Positions 12,830 to 25,172 of a stretch of DNA of 64,000 nucleotides are shown in pieces (position 1 is the first letter of the stretch; each line of letters opens with the position of its first letter). Both the position numbers and the translations under genes were made by a program. The notes under the pieces were generated by a model that saw nothing but the letters and a program-made list of their open reading frames with translations, had not been told where the DNA came from and made no database searches. This stretch comes from the human T2T-CHM13v2.0 reference genome, Homo sapiens: assembly GCF_009914755.1 (NCBI RefSeq), contig NC_060934.1; one strand, written 5' to 3'.

Positions 12830-15470
12830 CAATTGACAGACTTTCCTGTAAGATCTGAAACAAGACAAGGCTGCCTACTGTCACCATTTTTATTCAACAT
12901 AGAACTGAATGGCCTAGCCAGAACCATTAGCTAAGAGAAAGAAATATAGAGTATCCAAATTGGAAAGGAGGAAGTCTAATTGTCCTAGTTTATAGATAAC
13001 ATGGTCTTATATTAAGAAAAACCTTTCTTTGTGTTACAAACAATCCAGTTATAACTTTTAGTTATTTTTAAACATATAATAAATTACTTTTGGCTATAGT
13101 TGCCCTGTTTTGCTATCAAATACTAGATCTTATTTATTCTATCTAACTATATTTCTGTACTCATTAAATATATTCTTATCCCATTTGTCTTTACTGATTG
13201 ATTCATGAAAATGTCAAAAGTGTAATAAAACATTGCTATTACTAATTAAACTACTAAGTGAAAATTAAAATTTCTTTTTGTTTATTTTGTCTCTGGATAG
13301 TTGACTCTGAGTGTGAATCCTGTACCTTATTTACCCTGTTGTGATTATTACACATTGTATGCCTGTATCAAAATATTTCCTGTACCCCATACATATATAG
13401 ACTACCATGTACTCACAAAAATGAAAAATAAAAATATATATACAAAAAAAAGAAAAACCTAAAGGCTCTACCAAAAAAAAAAACTCTTAGATTTGATAAA
13501 AAAATTCAATAAAGTTGAAGGATATCAAATCAACCTGCAAAAATCAACAGCATTTTTACACACAAATAGTGAACAATCTAAAAAAGAAATCAGGCAAGCA
13601 ATCCTATTTCTCATAGCTACAAAAAACAAAACACCTAGAAATCAATATAACTAAAGAGGTGAAAAATCCCTACTATTAAACTATAAAATATTGATAAAAG
13701 AAATTGAAGAGGAGACAAAAAAAGATATCCTCTGTTCATGTATGGAAAGAATTAATATTGTTAAAATGTCCATACTGCCCAGAGCAATATACAGATTCAG
13801 TGTAACCCATAGAAAAATACCAATGACATTTTTTACATAGATAGAAAAAAAAAATCCTAAAATTTACATAGAACCACAAAAGACCCTGAATAGCCAAAGC
13901 AATCCTGAGAAAAACAGCAAAGCTGGAAACATCACACGACCTGGCTTCAAAATATGTTACAAAGATATAGTAACTAAAACTGCATGGTACTGGCATTAAA
14001 AAAAAAAACCACATAGACCACTGGAACAGAATGGAGAACCCAAAAATAAATTCACATATTTATAGCCAACTGATTTTGAACAAGTGTCAAGAACACACAT
14101 TGAGAAAAGGATAGTCAATAAACAGTAGTGGGAAAATTGGATATCTATTGCAGAAAAATGAAACTAGGCCCCTACCTTTCACCATATGGAAAAATCCAAT
14201 CAAAATAAAGGCCTAGCATAAAATCCAAAACTATAAAACTAGTAGAAGAAAACACGGGGCTTCAGGACATTGATTTTGGCAAAGATTTGATGGCTAACAC
14301 CTCAAAAGCACAGGCAACAAAAGCAAAAATAAACACATGGGATTATATCAAACTAAAAAGGTTTTGCACAGCAAAGAAAACAATTAACAGAGTGACAAGA
14401 CAACCTACAGAATGATAGAAGATATTTTCATACTATTTGACAAGGGATTAAAATACAGAATACATAAGACATATCAACAGAAGAATAAAACAAATTTAAA
14501 AATGGGCAAATGATCTGAATAGTCATCTCTCAAAAGAAGACATACAAATGGCCAACAGGTATATGAAAAAATGTTCCACATCATTAATTGACAGGAAAAT
14601 GCAAATCAAAAGCACAATAAGATATCATCTTACCCCAATTAAAATTGCTATAATTGAAAGAACAAAAAATAAATTCTGTCAAGAATGTAGAGAAAAGGGG
14701 ACTCATACCCTGTTGGTAGGAATGTAAATTAGTACAGCCATTATGGAAAATAGGAGTTTTCTTTAAAAACTACTACTAATAAACTAATAATAGAACTACC
14801 ATATGATCCAGCAATCCATTACTGGGTATTTATTTAAAGAAAAGGAAGTCAGTATGTCAAAGAGATAGCTGCACTCCTATGCTTACTGCAGCACTGTTCA
14901 CAACCTGTCAATCAGTTAGTTAGAATCAATCTAACTGTCCACCAATGAATGGATGGATAAACAAAATGTGGTATACAAGCACAATGGAATATTCAGGCAC
15001 AAAGAAAAATGAAATCCTGTCATTTGTGGCAACATGACCAAGACTGGAGGACATTATGTTAAGTGAAATAAGTCACGTACAGAAAGACAAGTACCACATA
15101 TTCTCATATGTGAGAGTTTTAAAAGTTGATAACACAGAATTAATGAATAGAATAATGGTTATCAGGGGCAGGGAAGAGTAGCGGAGAGGGGAAGATAAAA
15201 ATAAGTTGGTTAAAGGTACAAAAATACACTTATATAGGAGGAATAAATTGTAGTCTTCTGTAACATAGGCTGACTATAGTTAATAATTTATTGTGTATTT
15301 AAAAATAGCTATATGAGAAGATTTTGAATGTGTTCAAAACAAAGAAATGATAGATGTTTGAGGAATAGTATATGCTCATTACCTAATTTGATCAATACAC
15401 AGTGTATACATGTATAGAAATATATGTACTCTACAAATGCAATTATTATATGTCAATTAAAAATAAAACA
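12830..15470 (+). mobile_element. 5'-truncated L1MA (MA5/MA6-like) ORF2 3' half plus 3' UTR, interrupted at 13025-13449
   Basis: aacaagacaaggctgcctactgtcacc, gaattaatattgttaaaatgtccatactgccc, and an L1MA-type 3' end ...tatgtcaattaaaaataaaa. Confidence 0.9.
13025..13449 (+). mobile_element. Short L1MA3-like insertion with inverted 5' segment (13025-13167 minus; about 13325-13449 plus)
   Basis: TSD aagaaaaacct at 13014-13024 and 13450-13460; both segments match adjacent parts of the L1MA3-type 3' UTR. Confidence 0.8.
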
Positions 15471-15830
15471 TAATGAAAATAAATGTTAAAAATACACAAC
15501 CAAAAAAGAAAGAAAGAAATATAATGTATCAACAACAACAAAACTCGGTTTTGTAATTACAATTGATTAAAATTAATTGAGTATATTTGATGCTGAAGAG
15601 CTGATACTAGAAATAATTTGAGTATGTTTTAAGCTAAAAATATCTGCCCTAAGAAATAATTAAGCTTCCTTATAATCGTCCATTACCTAGTGTATTAATA
15701 GAGCTATTAGAAATTCAATTATAATTTAGAAAAAATGGTTGAAGAGAGTAAAAATTTAACTTTGCCTAAATCAATGTTCTAATGGCAAAGAGCAATTAGC
15801 ATGAACTTTTATGATGTCCACTTGTAAGTA

Positions 15831-15839
15831 ACTCACCTG
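15831..15839 (-). promoter_or_regulatory. CTNNA3: 5' splice donor CAG|GTGAGT
   Basis: Plus-strand actcacctg, a near-consensus U2 donor at the exon end. Confidence 0.95.
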
Positions 15840-15942
15840 ATTAGCAATCTGCCGAGCAAGGACATCCATCCTTGATCCTGATTCTGATATCATTTTCGCT
15901 GCATAGATCACATCAGTTGTATGCTTTAGTGGTCCTTTGCCC
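15837..15942 (-). CDS. CTNNA3: Internal coding exon (106 nt; phase 2 in, phase 0 out) of catenin alpha-3 (alpha-T-catenin), C-terminal vinculin-homology/actin-binding domain; probably exon 16
   Basis: Minus strand reads TTTTTTTCCAG|G GGC AAA GGA CCA ... GCT AAT CAG|GTGAGT. It translates to GKGPLKHTTDVIYAAKMISESGSRMDVLARQIANQ, the alpha-T-catenin counterpart of alpha-E-catenin GKGPLKNTSDVISAAKKIAEAGSRMDKLGRTIADH. Contained in ORF 15771..15980. Confidence 0.97.
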
Positions 15943-15969
15943 CTGGAAAAAAATTTATATATGTTAGCT
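15943..15969 (-). promoter_or_regulatory. CTNNA3: 3' splice acceptor, short polypyrimidine tract and predicted branch point (GCTAAC, branch A at 15964, position -22)
   Basis: Minus strand AGCTAACATATATAAATTTTTTTCCAG; CTAAC lies at a canonical branch point distance. Confidence 0.8.
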
Positions 15970-16026
15970 GTGGTGTTCATGAGAAAATATATGTTAGCTA
16001 CGATGGTTCATGAAAAAATGTATTAA

Positions 16027-16383
<357 letters not shown>

Positions 16384-17204
16384 AGCTGTTGGTTTTAATA
16401 TTTTGATTTTGAAAAGAGCACAATCAGACTCCAGTATTATTATTATTATTTTTTAATGCCAGCCTATTGTGTTAAGTCAAGAAATACTGCAGAGAAGATG
16501 AAGACCTTTTTGATCTTCATTCCCAGGTGTTTATTATAGTAAAACTCAGCCTAGAGATACCCTTCATAGACCTAGATACCTCAAGGCAAAGGTATTTTCC
16601 TGATTTTAGAGAGAATCATAATATTTTGGATATTATATGTATCTAACGATTTATTTTTTATCAGCAGGCCTACTTTTAGTATTTCACATTTTTTCTGTTG
16701 CTATATTTTAGTTACTTTAAAAAAATTTATTGATGGTAAAATTCATTTTTTATGGGGTACATGTATTATTTTGCTATTTGTACATACATAGAATGTGTAA
16801 TGATTAAGTAATGTTATTTAGGGTATCTGTCACGTCAGTCAAGTATTATTTCTATTTGTTGAAAATATTTGAAGTCTTCTCTTCTAGCTATTTTGAAATA
16901 TTCAATACATTGTTTTTAACTATAGTCATCCTACTCAACTATTGAATATTTGAATTGTTCTTTCTAACTGTATGTTTGCTCCCATTAACCAACCTCTCTT
17001 ATCCCCCCAATCCCCAACAAACACCATGCCAAGCCTCAGATAACTATGATTCTACTTTCCACCTCCATGAGAGCAAAGTTTTTAGCTCTCACATATGGAG
17101 GAGAAAGTGATATTTGTCTAACTTATTTCACTTAGCATAACATCCTCCAGGCTCATCCAAGTTGCTGTAAATGTTAGGATTTAATTCTTTTTTAATGGCT
17201 GTGT

Positions 17205-17211
<7 letters not shown>

Positions 17212-17236
<25 letters not shown>

Positions 17237-17254
17237 ATACACACACACACACAC
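17212..17254. repeat. (TG)n-TA-(CA)n palindromic microsatellite
   Basis: Perfect 34-bp palindrome at 17221-17254. Confidence 0.9.
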
Positions 17255-17797
17255 CACATTTTATTTATCCATTTATCCAACACTTAGGTTGATTTCACAT
17301 CTTTGCTATTGTGAATAATACTACAATAAAAATAGGGGTGCAGGTATCCTTTTGATATGCTGATTTCCTTTTCTTTGGATAAATACTTAGGAGTGAGATT
17401 GCTAGATCATACGTTAGTACTACTTTTAATTTTTTGAGAAATATCCATATTGTTTTCCATAATGGCTGTACTAGTTTACATTCTCATCAACAGTGTATAA
17501 GAGTTCCCTTTTCAACATACCTTTGCCAGCATCTGTTTTTTTTTTTTTCCTTTTAATAATAGTCATTCTAACTGGGGTAAAATGATATATTATTGTAGTT
17601 TTGGTTTGAGTTTTCAAGCTAATTAGTGATGTTGAGCATGTTTTCATATACCTATTGGTCATTTGTCTTCTTTTGAGAAATGTCTGTTCATGTCCTTTGC
17701 CCGCTTTTTGATGGGATTATTATTATTTTCTCCTGTTGAGTTGTTTTAGTTCCATGTATTCTCTGAACTTTAGGCCCTTATTAGAGAAACAGTTTGC

Positions 17798-17847
17798 AAA
17801 TATTTTTAAATATTAAATATTTAAATAATTTAAATATTAAATATTTT
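17798..17847. repeat. (AAATATT[T])n short AT-only tandem expansion inside the L1
   Basis: aaatatttttaaatattaaatatttaaataatttaaatattaaatatttt. Confidence 0.8.
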
Positions 17848-20800
17848 CTACTATTTAACAGGCTCTTTACTCTGTTGATTATTTCTTTTGATGTGCAGAA
17901 GCTTTTTAGTTTAATATAGTCCCATTTGCCTATTTTTATCTTGCCTGTGCTTTTGAAGTCTTAGCCATAAAATCTTCGTCTAGACCAATGACCTGAAGCA
18001 TTTCCCCAATGTTTTCTTCAAGCAGTTTTATAATTTTGGATCTTACATTTAGGTTTTAGCTGATCTTGATTTGATTTTTGTATATGGTGAGAGATAGGTG
18101 GCTAGTTTCATTCTTCTGAGTATGATTATCCTGTTTTCCCAGCACCATTTATTGAAGAGCCATCCTTTCCCCAGTACCTGTTCTTCCCACCTTTGTCGAA
18201 AACCAGTTGGTTATAAATGTGTGGATTTATTTCTGGGTTCTTTATTGGTTCATGTGTCTATTTTTACGCTCATACAATGCTTTTTTGGTTACTACAGCCT
18301 TATAATATGTCTTGAAGCCAGGTAGTATGATGTGTTGTGTCCTTTTTCCTGTTCTTTTCCTCAGTATTGCTTTGGCTATTTGGGGACTTTTGTGGTTCTA
18401 TTAATATGTAACATTTAGGATTGTTTCTTCTGTTTCTGTGAAGAATGTCACTGATATTTTGATATAATTCCACTGAAAATGTAGATTTCTTTTGGTAGTA
18501 TGGATATTTTGACAATATTAATTCTTCTGATCTATGGGCATGAAATATATTTTTTATTTTTTGTGTCTTGTTCAATTTCTTCCACCAGTGTTTTATAGTT
18601 TTGTTTGTAGAGGTTGGTTCTTGTTTGGTTAAAATTATTCCTAGGCTTTTTTTTTGTAGCTATTTTAAATGGGATTGCCTCTTGATTTCTTTTGCACATT
18701 TTTCAGACTGGTGTATAAAATGCTATTGATTTTTGTATGTTGATTTAGTACTCTGCAACTTTCCTTAATTTTTCAAATCTAAGAGTGTTTTGGTGGAGTC
18801 TTTAGGTTTTTCTTAATATAAGATAATTTCATTGCAAAGAAGGACAATTTGGCCTCCCATTTTCCAATTTGGATGACTTTTCTTTCTTTTTCCTGATTGC
18901 TCTGGCTGATAACCTTCAGTACTAGAATCCTGAAGGGGAGTTATAAAAGTGGGCATCCTCATCTTGTTCCGGATCTTGATAGAAAGGCTTTCAGCTTTGT
19001 TCCAATCAGTATGATGTTAGCTGTGAGTTTGTAATATGTGGCCTTTATTATGTTGGGGTATATTCCTTCTAAATCTACTTTCTTGAGAGTTTTCATCATG
19101 AAAATATCTTGAATTTTATCAGATGCTTTTACTGAGCCTATTGAGATGATCACATTTTTTAATCTTTCATTCTTTTGATATGATGTATCACATTTATTGA
19201 TTTGTGTATGTTGAATCATCCTTGCATCCCAAGGATAAATCCCACTTGATTAACATGTGTTATCTTTTTGGTGTGCTGTTTGATTAATTTTGCTAGTATT
19301 TTGTTGAGGGTTTTTGTGTCTCATTCATCATGGATATTGACCTGTAGTTTTCTTTCTTTCTTGTGTTCTTGTCTGGTTTTGGTATGAGGGTAATACTGCC
19401 TCATAAAATAAAATAGGGAGAATTCCCTCCTCTTCAGTTTTGTGGAATGCCTTGAGGAAAATCAATGTTAGTTATTCTTTGTAAGTTTGGTAGAATTCAG
19501 CAATAAAGGAACCAATTCTGGGCTTCTCTTTTTCGGGAGTCTTTTTGTTACTGATTCAATCTACTGTGCATTATTGTTCTGTTCAGATTTTCTATTTTTT
19601 GCACACTTGATCTTCGTAGGTTTTGTGATTCCAGGAATTTATTCATTTCCCCTGTTTTCCAGTTTGTAAATGTTAACTGTTAATAATAGTGTCTGATGAC
19701 CTTTTGTATTTCTGTGATGTCAATTGTAATGCCTCCTTTTACATTTATAATTTTGTTTATTTGGGTATTCTCTCTTTTCTTGGTTAGTCTTGCTAGCAGG
19801 TTATTTAATTTTTTATCTTTTCACAAAACCAATTTGTTGCTTTGTTGATCTTTCGTATTTTTTTAGTCTCTGTATCATTTAGTTCTGTTCTTATCTTTAT
19901 TACTTATTTTCTTCTACTAATTCTGGATTTAGCTTGTTCTTGCTTTTCTAATTCCTTGATGTGCATCATTAGATTGTTTATTTGAAAACTTTCTAGTTTT
20001 TTATAGTAGGAATTTATTGCTATGAACTTCCCTCTTAGCACTGCTTTTGCTCTATCCTATAGGTTTTGGTATATTGTGTTTTTATTTTCTTTCTTTTTCA
20101 GAAACTTGTTTGATTTCCTACTTAATTTCTTCATTGACTTGATGCTTGTCTAGGAGATTGTTGTTTAATTTCTACGTATTTGTACAGCTTCCAAAATTCC
20201 TCTTTTTACTCATTTCTAGTTTTATTTGATTGTGGCATAGGAGGACACTTGGTATGCTATTAACTTTTAAAAAATTTGTTAAGATTTGTTTTGTTGCCTG
20301 ACATATGGTCAATCCTACAGGATGTCTATGTGGTTATGGGAAAAATGTATATTCTACAACTGTTCAATAAAATGTTCTGTAGATTGGCCTCTTAGGCCAA
20401 TGTGGTCTAAAGTGCAGTTTAAATACAATGTTTCTTTTTAAATTTTCTGTCTAGATGATCTTTCTAATGCTAAGAGTTGAGTGTTGAAGTCTCCAACTAT
20501 TATTGCATTGGAGTACATCTCTCCCTTTTGATGTAATAATATTTGCTTCATATATCTGGATGATTTCATATTGGGTACATATGTATTTATAATTTTTATA
20601 TTCTCTTGCTGGATTTGTCCTTTTATCTTTAATATAATGACCTTCATTGTCTCTTTTTTACTGTTTTTGACTTAAAAATGTTTTTATCAGATATAAGTAG
20701 AGATACTTATGCTCACTTTTGGTTTCTGTTTGCACCAAATATCTTTTTCAATCCTTTACTTTCATTCTATATGTCTTTACAAGTGAAGTGAGTTTCTTAG

Positions 20801-20889
20801 AGGCAGCAGATAGTTGGGTCATGTGGTCCTTGCTTTTGGTTTTGGTTTTTGTTTTCAAATCCATTCAGCCAGTCTTTCTCTCTATATAT

Positions 20890-21168
<279 letters not shown>

Positions 21169-24098
21169 CTATATCTTTTAAGAGCAAAATTTAATCCATT
21201 TACCTTCAAAGTTATTATTTATGTGTGAGGATTTATTTCTGTCATTTTGTAAATTGTTTTCTGGATGTTTTGTGTATACTTCGTTCCTTTCTTTCTTATT
21301 GTTTATCATTATGGTTTGGTGTTTTTCTGTAGTTGTACCATTTGAGTAGTTTCTACATTTGTATGTTTACCAGTAAGTTTTATACTTTCCTGTGTTTTCA
21401 TGATAATAGATATCATCTTTGCACTTTCAGATATAAGAACCCTTTAAAGGAGTCACGAAAACAAAGGAAAGTAATAAATTTCCTCAGTTTTTGCTTATCT
21501 GGGAAAGAGTTTATTTCTTTTTTATAGCTGAAGGATCAGTTTTGCTGGGTATAGTGTTCTGGATTGACATTTTTTTTTTTTTGGTTTTTCTCCTCCCAGC
21601 TCTCTGAATGTATCATCTCATTCTCTCCTGATCTGTAATTTTTCTGCTGAAAAATCTGCTGTTAGTTTTAATAAGGTTTCCTTTATATTTGACTTAACAT
21701 CATTCTCTTCCTGTCTTTAGAAATCCTTTCTTTGTATTTGACTTTCAACAATTTGACTATAACTTGCCTTTAACAAGAACTTTTTGAGTTGAATCTATTT
21801 GGGGCTCTTTAAGCTTTCTGAATCTGGATGTTCATATCTCTCCTAAGACTTTTAAGTTTCCAGGCATCATTTTACTAAATAGATTTTCTATGGCTTTGGA
21901 ATTCTCCTCAACTTCTGGACTATCCAGAATTTGAAACTTTGGTTACTTTATGGAGCCCCATTTGTTACACAGGATTTGTACAATCTTTTTTTATTATTTA
22001 TTCTATTTTGCCTGACCAAGTTATTTAAAAAATCCTTTATTCCTGCTATAAAATTATTTCTTGTGCATAATAAAATCTGTTGTTGAAGCTCTCACATGAA
22101 TTTTGTATTTCATTCATTGAATTCTTAGTTCCAGAATTTTTGTTTCTTTTTTATGATGCTTATCACATTGGTAAATTTCTCATTATGTTCTTAATTGTCT
22201 TTTCTGATTTTTTTTTGTATTCTTTATCTGTGTTCTATTGTATCTCACTGAGCTTCTTTAATATTATTACTCTGAACTCTTTTTTCATCATTTCATTAAT
22301 TTCTTTTTTATTGTAATATCTTGCTGGACAATTATTATGTTTCTTTAGATGTGGCATATTTCCTTGACATTTAATGTTTCTTTTTTCCTTTCATTGATAT
22401 CTTTGCATATGGTGTAAGTCACTTCTTTATTTTTTTGGATTGTCTTTTGTAGGGGAAGGTCCTAAAGATCTATCTGTAGTGTTGGTTTCACAGGACACTT
22501 TAGTTTGATTCTGGGTGCATGCAGTAATGTAGCCTCCATGTGATTTATTTGTCTATAAATAGCCTCAGTGGTATCTGTGATTTCCTCTGTCAATTAGGCT
22601 GTGGCTGTTAGTGCAGGCTGTGGTAAGGCTTTGTAGGGGATGAGAACTGCAGGTGGGTTGGTCCTCAGGCCTCGGTGGTGGGCCAAGCATGCCTGTCTTT
22701 GGGCCCACAGGCAGCGTGCATGGGCACGAATGTAATTAGGTCTAAGAAGGCTAATTCTTGGACCTCCAGGTGGCTTTCTTGGGTTCTGGCAGTGGCAGTA
22801 TTGGGCCATGTGGTTCATTAAGTTCCTGGGTAGCATGCATGGCATGAGCAATGGCCATATCTGTGACAGGACAACCCCATGGGCTCACAGATAAAACATG
22901 TTTCTGTTAGTGGTGGCTGTGATGAGCTGGGTGGGCCTGCGCTTAAGCACCTGAAATACTTGCACTGATACCAGTGGTAGTGGGTGGGGCAAGATGATCC
23001 CCAGGTCCCTAGACAATGTGCCCAGGCATGGGTGATGTTGCCAGGCCAGACAAGCCTGTCATTAGGCCTCCTCCATTTTGCACACAGGTACAGGCTGTGA
23101 TCGGCAGGCCAGGGTGAAACCTAGGCTCCCCTGGTAAAGTGCTGGGTGGTGGCAGCAATGACAGCAATGAGCAGGGAGAATCCATCCTCAAGGCACGTGC
23201 AAGTACACTGTGGGCCTGTTTCTGGGAATTGGGGTTATTTTCAGTGACAGCAGCCACAGCCAGTTGGCTCTCAGGCTCTTGGAAGTATACGCTTCAGTGT
23301 CCAGAATTGGTGGAAGCAGCAGCCATGGGGAGAGCCAGTCTTCAGAGCATGTGCAAGTTGAGGATTGCTGAGGAGGCAGAGTTGCTATCAGTGGGAGCAG
23401 CCCCAGGCAGGCAAGTTTCAAGTTCTGGGGAGCACATGCTTTGGCTCCCTTTGTCCCAGGGGCACCTTGCTTTGCCTGCTACACCACCCATAACCTGGGG
23501 TGCAAGTTGCTGTGTGTTCTATAGTGCTGAGGACCCTGCTGTTCTGCTGAGTCTAATCACTCTCATGCCACTGCAGTCCTGTAAGGGATGTAGGGAGATG
23601 TCAGTGGGGTTCTAGGGATGTAGGAATGCAGGGGCTGCTGAGCCCCAGGGAGAAATGCAGTCTGGTTTGGGCCACATTCTCATAATGACACTGTGCTACA
23701 ACTGCTTAGGACTCAGGGTGTTTGTGGGACCCAGCATAAGCTACCTATCTGGAGCGACGCCATTACACACTATCCAGGCTGCTTCCTGTGGTAGCCTTAT
23801 GGTCTGCAGGGGTCAAGGAACTCTCCAGTGACTAGGATTGCAGGAGCCCATCATGGGAATGTGGACTGCTGGGGCATATACCATTTTCCCACACTGGGGT
23901 GACTCTCCAAGCTCCCAGGTGATCCTGACCAAGCTGGCAGCTTTACTTCCCTGTTTTTTTTCTTGCCTCAGGTGTTTCATGACACTCCTCTGTTGAATTC
24001 CAGTGTTCTGTCTTAGATGCTGTATTCAAAGAATGATTATGTACTTGCTATTTTAGTTTTTCTTTGTGGAGGAGGCAATTGCTGAATGCCTCTAGTCA

Positions 24099-24108
24099 GC
24101 CATCTTGG
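24099..24108 (-). promoter_or_regulatory. YY1 motif (CAAGATGGC) at the 5' end of the L1MA4 internal promoter
   Basis: Plus strand gccatcttgg, at the position expected for an L1 5' terminus. Activity unknown. Confidence 0.6.
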
Positions 24109-24877
24109 AGTCCTGTTCCAATCTTTATTTTTTAAATCTGTTTTTACAGTCTTTCCATTAATTGTGTTTTTTTTAATCCCATTATCTATTCTCCACAGTT
24201 GATTCAAACATGGAAAGTCCAAGCCTAAGAAATGTGTAATCTAAGGCCTTCAACATGAAAACATGAATTAAATTTATCTTCTCGTTTGTCTCATAGTGGT
24301 TCTCCCACTTTCAAAGAGGAGTTACCCCAAGACTTACCTAAGTAAATCCATTAATTCTAGCATTCACTTAAAAGGAAAATGTTGACAGTATTGCTGAGAT
24401 GAGTGAAAAAGAAATCCAGAAAAAAATGAATTAGGCCTGAGGACAATTAATAAGAAGTACTGAAATGACGTGATATCTGTTGATCTAAAATAATCCAGCC
24501 AAATTTTGGTGAAATATAAAATCTGGTGCTGCACACTGGTCAATCGGTATACCATCTTGGGTTAGCCAACAGAATACTACAGTTGGAGGTGGAGAGCGGT
24601 GGCCTGGGTCCCTTTACATGATCTTACCCCTCCCACCCTTTGATCTGATCTTGTTTGCCCATTACTAAGTTATGTCACTTAAACATCATGATTTAAGCAT
24701 GAGAGAAAGAAAGAAATTGTCCTATAGGAAAAGGATGGAAAGTCTAAACTCAGAGAGTACCGGAAAGTCAATGAGGCCTATAAGAACACCATTCATGTAT
24801 TCTTCCTTACATGGTTTATTTTTGTCCCTCTCAGTTCTCCCTCAATCTGTTTACTTGCTGTTAAGTAAAAGAAAAAC

Positions 24878-25172
24878 GTCCGGGAGCAGTGGCTTCTGCC
24901 TGTAATCCCAGCACTTTGGGAGGCCGAGATGGGTGGATCACCTGAGGTCGGGAGTTCAAGACTAGCCTGAGCAACATGGAGAAACCCCATCTGTACTAAA
25001 AATACCAAATTAGCTGGGCATGTGGTACATGCTGGTAATCCCAGCTACCTGGGAGGCTGAGGCAGGAGAATCGCTCGAACTCAGGAGGCAGAGGTTGCGG
25101 CGAGCCAAGATCATGCCATTGCACTCCTGCCTGGGCAACAAGGTGAAACTCTGTCTCAAAAAAAACAAAAAA
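24878..25172 (+). mobile_element. AluS (Sq/Sp-like)
   Basis: Full dimer with gaggtcgggagttcaagac and ggcaacaag diagnostics. Confidence 0.93.

Noticed and set aside
15771-15980. 69-aa ORF as a standalone protein
   Set aside because: Only 15837-15942 is exon; the flanking residues are intron read-through past canonical splice sites.
23139-23615. Longest ORF (158 aa), antisense in the L1MA4 5' UTR; possible ORF0 analogue
   Set aside because: GTG start, lies in GC-rich repeat sequence where stops are rare, and has no recognisable similarity to ORF0 or any protein.
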